From assembly GCA_963718515.1 (NCBI GenBank), contig OY970354.1, positions 302,363 through 366,362 of the forward strand: 64,000 nt of DNA, read 5' to 3'. Under the pieces are notes generated by a model. It was not told the origin of the DNA and did no database searches. It saw only the letters and a list, made by a program, of their open reading frames with translations. The first letter of the stretch is position 1; every line of letters starts with the position of its first letter. The DNA is from an uncultured bacterium. GTDB taxonomy: Bacteria > Patescibacteriota > Minisyncoccia > UBA6257 > 2-01-FULL-56-20. The position numbers and the translations under genes are program-made. Below are positions 27,191 through 36,824 of the stretch, piece after piece.

Positions 27191-29218
27191 TTATGGACGT
27201 ACGCCAGGCGACCTATTATGCCGGTAATACTTGAGAAAAATGAGGGTATCGTCGCGTTCTCTAATGGCTCGCCGTGCGCTTATTTCGAGTCCGGATAAGG
27301 CATTTTCCAGGAAGCCACTTCTGGCGATGAGATGCGATTTTCCCCGTGCCGCCCTCGCTACGGCGATGTGGGAATGTATGGTGGAAGCCACTGTGTCAAT
27401 CGTTTCCTCCCAAAATATTTTTTGTAGTTCGGGGATCGATTCTTTGATGGTCTTGCGAACTTCGTTTCGAAGGTGTTTCTTTTGAAACTGTTTTATGACC
27501 ATCGCGCCGACGCTATTCACGCGTCCGCAGAGAAGGTCTTCGACCCAGTCGTGAGCATCATCATGGAGCTGGCGTGCGATAAGGTAGTGACGGAAGGATT
27601 TTAGGACGATGTGATATTCTTCCGACGATAGGCCGTATCCGATCGCCGTCAACATGACCAGCGGGCCCATGCCGTGGCCAATGCTCCGGTCGGCAAGGTT
27701 GTTATGGTCGCCGAACGGCGGTACCACCAAAGAAATTATTTTTTGTGACGCGGTATCCACCCGGCAGTTTTTTTGTTCCCACGTATTTGCGTTGTCGATC
27801 GTATTCATAGTGGAGATAAAAATAGCTTCGGCTCCCGGGATATTCTTATCAATCGCCTCATAGATCCGGGCGAGGGAACGTAGGAAAAAATTGGCGGATG
27901 GGAGAAGGAACGCGTCGCCTTCGCCGTCGAGCATATCGTCGTAGATGTCATATGCCATCCAGCCGTAAAGATTTGCAAGTGCAAGGGATTTGACGATGTC
28001 CATAGGAATAAGCAATCCTTTCGCCCGGAGGATAGTTTGGAAATCATATGCAAGACAGGTTATTTTTTCATCCGACATCTTTTTTATTTGTGAGAGTGCA
28101 CTCGCTTGAAGATCTGAACCGAGATGTGCGCAGGCCTCCTGTGCCAGGGATATGACGTGGCTATGCAGGAATGGCGGGATTGTTGTTGCGGGGCGCGTGT
28201 GAGGGGGCTCTGCGTGATAGAGGATCAGCGCTTCGGTGCACAACGCGGCGGTCAGCGCCGAGGCTCCGGCATACGTCCGCGCGTCATCGCGCATGGGATC
28301 GATACAGAACGCATGAGGTTGAAATCCTCCGGCCTCTAAGTCCGTCAGCAGCCGGGCGATATCCGGGGTGAGATCGATCTTTTCTCTGAGGCCTAGATAT
28401 ATTAGTGAGGAGATTGCCATCGCGCGTTCCAGCGTCGTTATCTTTTGATCATCTTTAAGGCGCTTAGAAATAAATGTTGCGAGTTTTTCTTGCGACATAC
28501 CTACTTCCATGCCGGCGCGTTTTTTATAATATCGTGCTATGAAATAGCTGACATGCAATGGCCCCGGATAATAAGGCGACACCAGAGTCTCTTTTTGTAT
28601 CGCTCTCACAATGAGGCTTTCGATATGGGGGAGTTGGATATTTACGAGCGATAGGAAATATCCGATAGCGCTGTTTGCAACGATATCCACATCGCGCCAT
28701 GCCGGCGGTGCATTCTCGGGGACGAGCCACGTTCTGTAAGGGCCGCCTTCCTGCGTTTCGAGTCGTACAAGGATGGTGGCTATTTCGGCAAGCGCCTGCG
28801 GGCTCAGTATGGTGCGATCGTGGCATGCCAGCGCCGAAAGTGCGGTGAATGTGTCGTCGAGATCGTCCGGGTAGGGATTTGTTGTTCTTACTTTTTCATT
28901 TTGCGCCCAATAATTGAATGACCATCCAGTGCCTTTTTGGTCAAGAAGAAAAGCCGCTGCGCTATCTTTTATCCCATCCGCACATCCCTCCATTGTATGA
29001 AGGCATAATAATATAGTGGAAGTGAAGAATGTTGTGGAACGGGGTATTGCGTGAGAGAAATCATTTTTGTCGGTGCTGGATAAGTGTCTAAAGCCCCCGT
29101 CCGGCTGTTGGGCGTTTTTAATATGCTCAAGTGCGAGGGCGATCATTTTTTGGCTCGGATCCATGGTTAAATGGGAATTCAATAGTGAAGCATGATCCGT
29201 CGTGAAGTGTGCTTTCAA
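27191..29218 (-). CDS. fusion protein: N-terminal prenyltransferase/terpene-cyclase alpha-alpha toroid (DxDDT motif) + C-terminal class I isoprenoid-synthase-like domain (two DDxxD-like motifs)
   Basis: N-terminal half has QQPDGGF, GWSFNYW and YPDDLDDTFTALSAL, the last resembling the class II cyclase DxDDTA motif. C-terminal half has YDIYDDMLDGEGD and LHDDAHDWVEDL. The start may be an internal Met (29164 or 29146), because the 5' end overlaps the kinase gene. Confidence 0.6.
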   Translation of the reverse strand: MKAHFTTDHASLLNSHLTMDPSQKMIALALEHIKNAQQPDGGFRHLSSTDKNDFSHAIPRSTTFFTSTILLCLHTMEGCADGIKDSAAAFLLDQKGTGWSFNYWAQNEKVRTTNPYPDDLDDTFTALSALACHDRTILSPQALAEIATILVRLETQEGGPYRTWLVPENAPPAWRDVDIVANSAIGYFLSLVNIQLPHIESLIVRAIQKETLVSPYYPGPLHVSYFIARYYKKRAGMEVGMSQEKLATFISKRLKDDQKITTLERAMAISSLIYLGLREKIDLTPDIARLLTDLEAGGFQPHAFCIDPMRDDARTYAGASALTAALCTEALILYHAEPPHTRPATTIPPFLHSHVISLAQEACAHLGSDLQASALSQIKKMSDEKITCLAYDFQTILRAKGLLIPMDIVKSLALANLYGWMAYDIYDDMLDGEGDAFLLPSANFFLRSLARIYEAIDKNIPGAEAIFISTMNTIDNANTWEQKNCRVDTASQKIISLVVPPFGDHNNLADRSIGHGMGPLVMLTAIGYGLSSEEYHIVLKSFRHYLIARQLHDDAHDWVEDLLCGRVNSVGAMVIKQFQKKHLRNEVRKTIKESIPELQKIFWEETIDTVASTIHSHIAVARAARGKSHLIARSGFLENALSGLEISARRAIRERDDTLIFLKYYRHNRSPGVRP

Positions 29219-30476
29219 CAGCGATCGTCCCGCGAAGGTCTTTTTCGATGATTTCCTTGACCATCGCGAGTCCTATACCGATGCCCCTCCCGCTTTGTTT
29301 TGTGGTAAAGAATGGCTCAAAAATGCGTGCCCGCACTTCTTCCGTCATGCCGGAACCATTGTCTTCTATCCTCACGGCAACACGGCCGTCTCCCGTGCGG
29401 ACCTCGAGCGTTACTCTGACTAGCCGTTTTCGCCGGTCGTCCGGAGGGATCTCATCGTACGATTCGATCGCGTTCAGAAGCAGATTGAGCATCACCTGAT
29501 GAAACTTGAAAGGGACGCCGAGATAGAAAACGTCGCCATGGGTATTATCGAACACGATCCGGACGTTATCTTTCTTCGCTTTATAAGCAACGAGTTGAAT
29601 AACGTGATTGACACTCTTGTTCAAGGAAAAATTTTCCTGCATGTCGTTGCGATGGTCGATCTGCTTGCGCACCGCTTGCATGAAGTTTTCTATCTGCTTT
29701 GTGGTATTGAATGCGTTCGCGAGCGTGGGATCGAGCTCGTTCTCCTCGCGGAGCGAAATGGCGTTCAGAAGATTGAAGATATCGTGGAATAATCCCGACG
29801 ACAACTGTCCCAGCTCCGCGAAGCGCTTGAGCTGTTCCACTTTTTCGAGCTGGGCAACACTCAGTTCATCGGTGCGCTTCTTGATGTTCACTTCGAGAAG
29901 ATCCCGTTCTTCCTTGAGCGCGCGCTCGGATTCCCGCGCCCGGCGCAATGACCTTTCGATCTCACGGTTATACAGCCACGCGACGATCATGATCAAGAAA
30001 TAAAATATCGAGAAGATGAGGGCGTCGGCGTCGCGGAGATATTGCTTATCCATCGGTAGGATTCCATGGAACTGCAGATACCAGAGGGGAATGATGAACA
30101 ATGTGATGGCGCTCGTCACGAAGAATCCAAGGCGTGTGCCGCGCAGGATGGTGGCGACAATAATGATAAGCGCGTAGGTGAGTATGACGACTTGAATGAT
30201 CACGCCCCAGCGGTATGCGGCGTAGCTGTTGCTCACGAGGTAGGTTGCAATGAGAAGATACGAGGCGAGGCCAATGTATCCCTTCCGTGAAAGTATATAA
30301 AGGAACACAAAGAATGCGGGGAGGATGGAAAAAAGCAGGAAGGGCACCCCGGTGTAGCGAGCGCCCTCCTTTATAGAATAGAACAAGACGATGCCATCCA
30401 GGATCGCAAGCATGGCGATGGATCCGATAAGGATGACGTTCAGGATGTTCTTTCTTTGCAGGTGATCCTCATCCAT
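29127..30476 (-). CDS. sensor histidine kinase (multi-TM N-terminus)
   Basis: About five or six TM helices. H-box SSGLFHDIFNLLNAI, N-box LLNLLLNAIES, DNGSGM, GRGIGIGLAMV. Confidence 0.85.
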   Translation of the reverse strand: MDEDHLQRKNILNVILIGSIAMLAILDGIVLFYSIKEGARYTGVPFLLFSILPAFFVFLYILSRKGYIGLASYLLIATYLVSNSYAAYRWGVIIQVVILTYALIIIVATILRGTRLGFFVTSAITLFIIPLWYLQFHGILPMDKQYLRDADALIFSIFYFLIMIVAWLYNREIERSLRRARESERALKEERDLLEVNIKKRTDELSVAQLEKVEQLKRFAELGQLSSGLFHDIFNLLNAISLREENELDPTLANAFNTTKQIENFMQAVRKQIDHRNDMQENFSLNKSVNHVIQLVAYKAKKDNVRIVFDNTHGDVFYLGVPFKFHQVMLNLLLNAIESYDEIPPDDRRKRLVRVTLEVRTGDGRVAVRIEDNGSGMTEEVRARIFEPFFTTKQSGRGIGIGLAMVKEIIEKDLRGTIAVESTLHDGSCFTIEFPFNHGSEPKNDRPRT

Positions 30477-30656
30477 GGCCGCTATTCCCAGGTCTCAAAG
30501 GCGTCTTCTACGACAACAAGCGTCTGGGTTTTTTCGTCGCTCCGGGCGCTTTTGTCGGTCAGGATCTTTTCCAATACTTCGTTCATGATGGTGATATGTT
30601 ATATTCTCGACCTTTCTGCCTATTATACTCGGCCGAGATTAAATATATCTTAACGA

Positions 30657-31331
30657 TCAGCGGTCCCCGCCGACGATGTATCCGCGACCCGGAACGGTCC
30701 GGATAAACGCATCTTTATCGCGCGGATCGATCTTTTTGCGGAGGTTCATGATATGCGTCTCAATGCTTTTTGAGAACTGGTCGGCGCTTTCGTCCCAGAC
30801 GTGCTCAACTATATCGCTTCGCGAGACGACCTTGCCGGGATGTTTCATGAGATATTCGAGGAGCATGAATTCTTTCGGTGTCAGATAAACAACTTTTTTA
30901 TTAAAAGTGAACGAATATGTTTCCCGATCGAGCGACAGGCTCCTCACCACTAGCGTTTTTTCTTCCAATGTTTTGGGCCGCCGCAGGAGCGCTTTGACGC
31001 GCGCTGACAGTTCGCTGAACGCGTACGGTTTTGCAAGATAGTCATCCGCCCCGCAGTTGAGCAGTGAAACCTTATTGTCGATCTCCGATTTCACGCTCAA
31101 AATCAGGATAGGCGTCGTCATCTTATACTCCCGCAGTCCAGCGCAGATCTCGTAACCGCCCTTCCCCGGCAGGACATTGTCGAGCAGGATAAGATCGTAG
31201 TCATTGGTCCGCGCTTTGTAGAATCCGCGTTCGCCGTCATGCTCAACGTCCACCGCATAACATTCATCTTCAAGCTTGCGCTTTAAGAGAGCCGCCGTTT
31301 CTTCCTGGTCTTCGACCACGAGGATTCTCAT
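30657..31331 (-). CDS. OmpR-family response regulator
   Basis: MRILVVEDQEE..., DLILLDNVLPG, PILILSVKS, and a winged-helix C-terminus (LTPKEFMLLEYLM...IRTVPGRGY). The ORF-track start at 31535 is rejected because it runs through the tRNA-like gene. Confidence 0.85.
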   Translation of the reverse strand: MRILVVEDQEETAALLKRKLEDECYAVDVEHDGERGFYKARTNDYDLILLDNVLPGKGGYEICAGLREYKMTTPILILSVKSEIDNKVSLLNCGADDYLAKPYAFSELSARVKALLRRPKTLEEKTLVVRSLSLDRETYSFTFNKKVVYLTPKEFMLLEYLMKHPGKVVSRSDIVEHVWDESADQFSKSIETHIMNLRKKIDPRDKDAFIRTVPGRGYIVGGDR

Positions 31332-31396
31332 GTTAGTGAGATTTTTCTTAGTATACACTAAAAATGGAAAGATAGCGCTCCGCCGGCCGTGTGCCG

Positions 31397-31468
31397 CGGA
31401 TCCGCCAGGAGTCGAACCCGGTTCGCCACGTGTTAAAGGTAGCATTTTAACCCCATAACTACGGGCCC
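31397..31468 (-). tRNA. atypical tRNA-like gene (anticodon loop ambiguous: UAA in a 7-nt loop with a C31-C39 mismatch, or a 9-nt loop CUUUAACAC); possibly a pseudo-tRNA
   Basis: The minus strand reads GGGCCCGTAGTTATGGGGTTAAAATGCTACCTTTAACACGTGGCGAACCGGGTTCGACTCCTGGCGGATCCG. The T arm is canonical (CCGGG-TTCGACT-CCTGG). The acceptor stem has a C4-A69 mismatch and a G3-U70 pair. Position 14 is T and position 37 is C. The variable loop is short, and CCA is not encoded. Confidence 0.5.
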
Positions 31469-31522
31469 AAGTCTCGCGGCACTTGGTAAAGATAAAACAT
31501 CGCCCATTAAATATATCTAAAA

Positions 31523-31550
31523 TAAAAACAGCCACTTTTTGGCTGTTTTT
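31523..31550. terminator. bidirectional hairpin terminator
   Basis: The sequence is aaaaACAGCCactttttGGCTGTtttt. Confidence 0.6.
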
Positions 31551-31678
31551 ATGACACGTAGAGACTCCAGCCCCTAGCTTTATGGGACTGCTACCTTCTC
31601 GCTAATAGTAGTCTTTGCAAGACTAATGTCAAAACTCTTTTAATCATTTTTTAATGTTTTAAGAGGCCTAGCGCCCCG

Positions 31679-31687
31679 TGGTACAAT
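31679..31687 (+). promoter_or_regulatory. extended -10 (TGgTACAAT) 6 nt upstream of the cyoA ATG
   Basis: The sequence is ccgTGGTACAATgaagaaATG. Confidence 0.45.
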
Positions 31688-31693
31688 GAAGAA

Positions 31694-32560
31694 ATGTCAG
31701 GCGGCGTATTCGACCCCCAGGGGCCCATTGCATTGCAGGAACGTAATTTGATCGTTCTCGTCGTGCTTATTATGCTTGTGGTCGCGATCCCGATGCTGAT
31801 TACCCTCTTTACGTTTGCCTGGAAGTACCGTGCCGGAAACAAAAAAGCCAAATACGAGCCGGAGCATGTGGGGAATTTTTTTAGGCAGGCCATCTGGTGG
31901 ACCATCCCCGCGGTCGTGATCGTGGTGATCGCCGTCATAAACTGGAAGAGCACGCACGCGCTTGATCCCACGAACGCCATCGCATCCGACGTGCCGCCGC
32001 TTACCATCCAAGTTGTGGCGCTTCAGTGGAAGTGGCTTTTTATCTATCCGGCACAGGGGATCGCGACGGTCAACTTTATAGAATTCCCGGTGGATACACC
32101 GGTCCATTTTGAGCTGACCGCCGACGCGCCAATGAGCTCGTTCTGGATCCCGGAGCTCGGCAGTCAGATCTACGCGATGGCGGCGATGCAGACCCAGCTG
32201 AACCTTGAGGCGGACACGATCGGGGAATACACCGGCAAGGATACCGAGATCAATGGCGCAGGATATGCGGGCATGACCTTCGAGGCAAACTCGGTTTCGC
32301 AGGTAGACTTTAATTCGTGGGTTGCGTCAATCCAGCAATCATCGAGCACGCTTACGATGGACGCATATAACACGCTCGCGGCGCCAAGCCAGAATAATGC
32401 GGCGGCATATTACTCGTCTTACGGTAATGGTTTGTATGATACAATCTTGATGAAATATATGGTTCCGCCAACGAGCACACCGGAAGCGGGCGATGCCCAA
32501 ACGAGCTCAATGTCCGCAATGCCCAATATGCCCGCCACTATGCCGGGCATGCAAATGTAA
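31694..32560 (+). CDS. cyoA: cytochrome bo3-type quinol oxidase subunit II
   Basis: FDPQGPIALQERNLIV..., AWKYRAGNKKAKYEPE, and FELTADAPMSSFWIPELGSQIYAMAAMQTQLNL closely parallel E. coli CyoA. There are no CuA Cys/His ligands, so this is the quinol-oxidase type. Confidence 0.85.
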   Translation: MSGGVFDPQGPIALQERNLIVLVVLIMLVVAIPMLITLFTFAWKYRAGNKKAKYEPEHVGNFFRQAIWWTIPAVVIVVIAVINWKSTHALDPTNAIASDVPPLTIQVVALQWKWLFIYPAQGIATVNFIEFPVDTPVHFELTADAPMSSFWIPELGSQIYAMAAMQTQLNLEADTIGEYTGKDTEINGAGYAGMTFEANSVSQVDFNSWVASIQQSSSTLTMDAYNTLAAPSQNNAAAYYSSYGNGLYDTILMKYMVPPTSTPEAGDAQTSSMSAMPNMPATMPGMQM

Positions 32561-32575
32561 TAAGAAGACCAACCC

Positions 32576-34567
32576 ATGAAACACTTTTTTTTAGGAAATC
32601 TTACGTGGTCTGCGCTCCCGCATGAGTGGTTCACAATAGGCGGCACAGCCACTATTATTATCGGCGGCATCGTCCTCGCCGCGATCATCACGTACTACAA
32701 GCGCTGGACATGGCTTTGGAGGGATTGGCTCACTTCCACCGATCCCAAAAAGATCGGCATCATGTACATTGTTATGGCATCGGTCATGCTGTTCCGCGGG
32801 GGATTGGATGCTGTCATGATCTGGCTCCAGCAATCGATTTCGGTGGGGAATTCGCAAGGCTATCTCGACCCCGGGCATTTCCAGCAGATATTCACGGCGC
32901 ACGGCGACATTATGGTCTTCTTTGTGACGATGGGATTTTTGTTTGGTCTCATGAACCTGATCGTGCCGCTCCAGATCGGCGCCCGCGACCTGGCATTCCC
33001 GTTCCTCAACTCTCTTGGCTTTTGGCTCTACGTCGCTGGCGCAGTGTTCATCAATATGTTTTTTGTGATCGGCGGGGAATTCGCGTCGGCGGGCTGGCTC
33101 TCGCTCCCGCCGCTTTCGGAGATCGCGTATAGCCCGGGCACCGGCGTCGATTACTGGATATGGAGCCTGCAGATCTCGGGACTCGGCAGTCTGCTCGGCG
33201 GCATCAACTTTGTGGTGACAATACTCAAGATGCGGGTAAAAGGCATGACGTTGATGAAGATGCCGCTCTTCACGTGGACCTCGCTCTGCAGTATGGCCTC
33301 GTCATCGCCGCCTTCCCGGTGCTCACCGCGACGATCGCGCTCCTCTGGCTCGACCGCTTCTTCGGCATGCATTTCTTTAGCTCGGGTTTCGGGGGAAATC
33401 CGATGATGTATGTGAACCTCATCTGGATGTGGGGCCATCCGGAGGTGTACATTCTCGTCATCCCGTCGTTTGGCATATTTTCGGAGGTCGTCGCCACGTT
33501 TTCCGGCAAGCGCATTTTTGGATATGTCTCGATGGTGTGCGCCGCCATCTGCATCACCCTGCTGTCATTCATGGTGTGGTTGCACCACTTTTTTACGATG
33601 GGCGCGGGCGCCGATGTCGACGCATTCTTCGGCATCATGACGGGCATCATTGCCATTCCGACCGCCGTGCAGATCTTCAACTGGATCGCCACGATGTTCC
33701 GCGGTCGCATCCGCTTTACGACGCCAATGTATTACTTCATGGGCTTCGTGAGCTTCTTCACCTTTGGCGGCATGGCGGGCGTTTTGCTTTCGATCCCGGG
33801 CGCGGACTTTGAACTGCACAATAGTCTTTTCCTTGTGGCGCATTTTCACACGATGATCGTGAGCGCCGCACTCTTTGGTATCTTCGCGGGCATCACCTAC
33901 TGGTTCCCGAAAGTTATGGGATTCAAGCTGAACGAAAAGATCGGCTTGCGCGCGTTTTGGCTTTGGGTCGTGGGATTCTTCGTCTCGTTCGTGCCCCTCT
34001 ATATATTGGGGTTCATGGGTGCCACGCGGCGCCTCGACCACTACGCCGCATCGACCGGCTATCAGACCATATTTCATTATTGCGGCCGTTGGGGTTTGCA
34101 TCATTGCCGCCGGCGCGCTCATACAGGTGTGGCAGGTGATTGTGAGCATAAAAGAGCGCAAGCAAAATATGGATACGACGGGCGATCCGTGGGATGGGCG
34201 CACGCTCGAGTGGGCCACGTCGTCGCCGGTGCCGTTCTATAACTTTGCAAAGACACCGGTGGTTGATGGCCGCGATGCGTTTTGGGAGATGAAGAAGTCC
34301 GGTGGTGCAACGGCCACGGGGAAAATATTGCTCTCCAACGAATACGAAGACATCGAACTCTCCAGAAACACCGGCATGGCCATCTATCTTTCCGGATTTG
34401 TTTTCTTGCTTGGATTTGCGCTCGTGTGGCATATCGGCTGGCTTGGTGCTATCGGTCTTATTGGCGCGATCGCATGCGTCATTATCCGGTCTTTTGATGA
34501 AGATACCGAATATATATTGCCTGCGGCCGAGGTCGAACGATTGGAAAAACTGGCATGGAAAAAATAA
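32576..34567 (+). pseudogene. cyoB: cytochrome bo3-type quinol oxidase subunit I, interrupted by a 1-nt-deletion-type shift (about 33291) and a +1-type shift (about 34066)
   Basis: Colinear with E. coli CyoB across three frames:
- ...[10 protein letters not shown] (frame 2)
- [29 protein letters not shown]...[15 protein letters not shown]...[10 protein letters not shown]...[16 protein letters not shown] (frame 1)
- [10 protein letters not shown]...[22 protein letters not shown]... (frame 2). Confidence 0.85.
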
Positions 34568-35157
34568 TGGACCATCACGCGACAGCGAATGAAGCTGCAA
34601 CGATCGATCGCCACATCTTCGGCTTCTGGGTCTATTTGATGACGGACCTCGTCATCTTCGGCGTGCTGTTTGCCGCATACGCAGTCTTGCAAGGAAATAC
34701 GTTTGGCGGGCCGTCGGGGCACGATCTTTTTAGCCTGCCCACGGCGCTTGCGAACACACTCGTGCTCCTTACCTCAAGCTTCACCTGCGGATTGGCCACG
34801 CTCGCGGCACAGCGTGGAAAAGTGAATCAGACGATCGCGTGGCTCGCGACCACATTCGTACTCGGCGCGACGTTCCTTACGCTTGAGCTCAGCGAGTTCT
34901 CGCGGTTCGTCGCGATGGGGGATAGCTGGCAGCGGAGTGCATTCCTTTCATCATTCTTTACGCTCGTCGGCACGCACGGCCTCCACATCACCGTCGGTCT
35001 CCTCTGGATCGTCATTGCCGTCATTCAGATCAAAGTTCGCGGTCTCACGCCGAGCGTCACCTCAAAACTCACGCGCTTTACCCTCTTCTGGCACTTTTTG
35101 GATATCGTCTGGATATTTATTTTTACGATGGTCTATCTGATGGGGCACACAATATGA
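34567..35157 (+). CDS. cyoC: cytochrome bo3-type quinol oxidase subunit III
   Basis: FGFWVYLMTDLVIFGVLFAAYAVL...GTHGLHITVGLLW...FWHFLDIVWIFIFT. Its ATG overlaps the cyoB stop (TAATG). The ORF track offers 34555 as an alternative start. Confidence 0.85.
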   Translation: MDHHATANEAATIDRHIFGFWVYLMTDLVIFGVLFAAYAVLQGNTFGGPSGHDLFSLPTALANTLVLLTSSFTCGLATLAAQRGKVNQTIAWLATTFVLGATFLTLELSEFSRFVAMGDSWQRSAFLSSFFTLVGTHGLHITVGLLWIVIAVIQIKVRGLTPSVTSKLTRFTLFWHFLDIVWIFIFTMVYLMGHTI

Positions 35158-35505
35158 AGGCAACACTAAAGTCATACGTCATCGGGTTCGTACTTTCCGT
35201 CGTGCTTACGCTCGCCGCTTTCTCTCTCGTGATGTATCCAGGTTTCTTTCATATGGGATATAGTGCAATTGTTCCCGGCATCATCATTCTCGCCATCCTC
35301 CAGCTTTTGGTGCAATTGATATTTTTCATGCATCTTGCGAGCGAGAACGGCCCGCGCTGGAAGCTCGCGGTGCTTCATTTCCACCGTCGGCATTATTCTC
35401 ATCGTGGTCGTCGGTTCCATCTGGATCATGAACCATCTGAACTATAATATGATGGCATCGCCCACCGAAATGAACACATATATACAAAGCCAGGACGGGT
35501 TTTAG
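35154..35505 (+). CDS. cyoD: cytochrome bo3-type quinol oxidase subunit IV, with one +1-type frameshift near 35373
   Basis: ...HLASENGPRWKLAV is in frame 0. The continuation [27 protein letters not shown]...* is in frame +1 and aligns with E. coli CyoD ([32 protein letters not shown]). Confidence 0.75.
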
Positions 35506-35517
35506 GGCGTGCCTGAA

Positions 35518-36408
35518 ATGAAATACTATTACGAACTCACAAAGTCGGGATTGGTCTTTGGTAATGTTATCACGGTGATCGCGGGATTTCTGCTTGGCGC
35601 GCGGGATGTACAGGCCGCGGGCGGCGCGTTATCCATCAATTTCTGGTTGCTCTTCGCCACGCTCGTCGGTATCTCGCTCGTCATGGCATCCGGGTGTGTT
35701 TTCAATAATTATATCGACCGTGATATCGATGTGCGGATGGAGCGCACAAAGCATCGCGCGCTCGTCACAAAGAAGATCTCCGGCCGTTCCGCGCTCATGT
35801 TTACCACCATCCTCGGCATTATGGGCTTCGCGGTACTCGCGCTTCACACTAATTTTTTGGCGGCACTCGCCGCTCTCGCCGGATTCATTTTTTACGTATT
35901 TATTTACAGCATGGGCCCGTTGGGAAAGCGTCGCACGGTCTATGGCACATTCATGGGCGCGGTTGCCGGTGCCACGCCGCCGGTCATGGGCTACGCCGCG
36001 GCGAGCGGGCGCATTGACATGGCCGCGTTCATTTTATTCTTGATCATGCTCGTCTGGCAGATGCCGCATTTTTTTGCGATCGCCATCCGGCGCGAGGATG
36101 ATTACGCCGCCGCGCACATCCCGGTTCTGCCGGTAAAACAGGGCATCAACCGGACCAAATCCAGCATGCTTATTTATATCGTCGAGTTTATTCTCGCGGC
36201 ATCGCTCCTCACCATTTTTGGCTACGCCGGGTACGCGTATCTTGCGATCGCACTCATGCTCGGTATTGCATGGCTCGCATTATGTATAAAAGGATTTTGG
36301 ATCTCGGGTGCCGTGCACAACAAGGCGTGGGCGCGCCAGATGTTCTTCTTATCACTCATCGTTATGGTGGTGCTCTTCATTACGATTGCTATCGGGGCAA
36401 TCGTGTGA
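35518..36408 (+). CDS. cyoE: protoheme IX farnesyltransferase (heme O synthase)
   Basis: MKYYYELTKSGLVFGNVITVIAGF resembles E. coli CyoE (YLQVTKPGIIFGNLISV). UbiA-family NYIDRDID motif. The ORF track allows a GTG start at 35509. Confidence 0.85.
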   Translation: MKYYYELTKSGLVFGNVITVIAGFLLGARDVQAAGGALSINFWLLFATLVGISLVMASGCVFNNYIDRDIDVRMERTKHRALVTKKISGRSALMFTTILGIMGFAVLALHTNFLAALAALAGFIFYVFIYSMGPLGKRRTVYGTFMGAVAGATPPVMGYAAASGRIDMAAFILFLIMLVWQMPHFFAIAIRREDDYAAAHIPVLPVKQGINRTKSSMLIYIVEFILAASLLTIFGYAGYAYLAIALMLGIAWLALCIKGFWISGAVHNKAWARQMFFLSLIVMVVLFITIAIGAIV

Positions 36409-36432
36409 TATATAAAGAGGAGAAAAGGAGGT

Positions 36433-36762
36433 TTGTGGCATATGGCGGAACAATCTAAGAATGATTTTCCAAATTACGCACCGATCCGCTTTGAATATGT
36501 CAGAGAAAAATCCGAGGGTCGGGAGCGTTGGCGTCTGGTCAACCGGATAGCCGATCCTGCCCTCATGGAGCGCATTGGCTTGCGTGCTTTTCGGACGCCA
36601 GCCATCGTGAGACATCCTCCTCAGCTCCTTTTGAAACGCTTATATCGGGCTCTTACCAAAAACGAACTCGATCGTGGCCCCGTGAGCGAGTTGCCCACAG
36701 AAGAGGGGAGATATAGCGTCGTGGTAATTATCAATCCCCGAGCCATAGCGCCCAATCAATAA
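36433..36762 (+). CDS. hypothetical protein (109 aa)
   Basis: ORF only; no motif recognised. Confidence 0.35.
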   Translation: MWHMAEQSKNDFPNYAPIRFEYVREKSEGRERWRLVNRIADPALMERIGLRAFRTPAIVRHPPQLLLKRLYRALTKNELDRGPVSELPTEEGRYSVVVIINPRAIAPNQ

Positions 36763-36824
36763 AGGAGAATGGATCCAATCCGTTCTCCTTATTTTTATAT
36801 ATTTTAGGGGATAAAATAGGACTA

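Noticed and set aside
31397-31468. The idea that the odd tRNA with a possible 9-nt anticodon loop is the suppressor that decodes the +1 frameshift sites.
   Set aside because: The candidate extended anticodons (UUAA, UUUAA, UUAAC) would read UUAA, UUAAA or GUUAA. None of the nine +1 sites contains such a sequence at the shift point. It is kept only as a remote possibility within the tRNA finding.
30657-31535. The long (292-aa) version of the response-regulator ORF starting at 31535.
   Set aside because: The extra 68 codons run through the tRNA-like gene and a non-coding spacer. The receiver domain starts at MRILVVEDQ (ATG at 31331).
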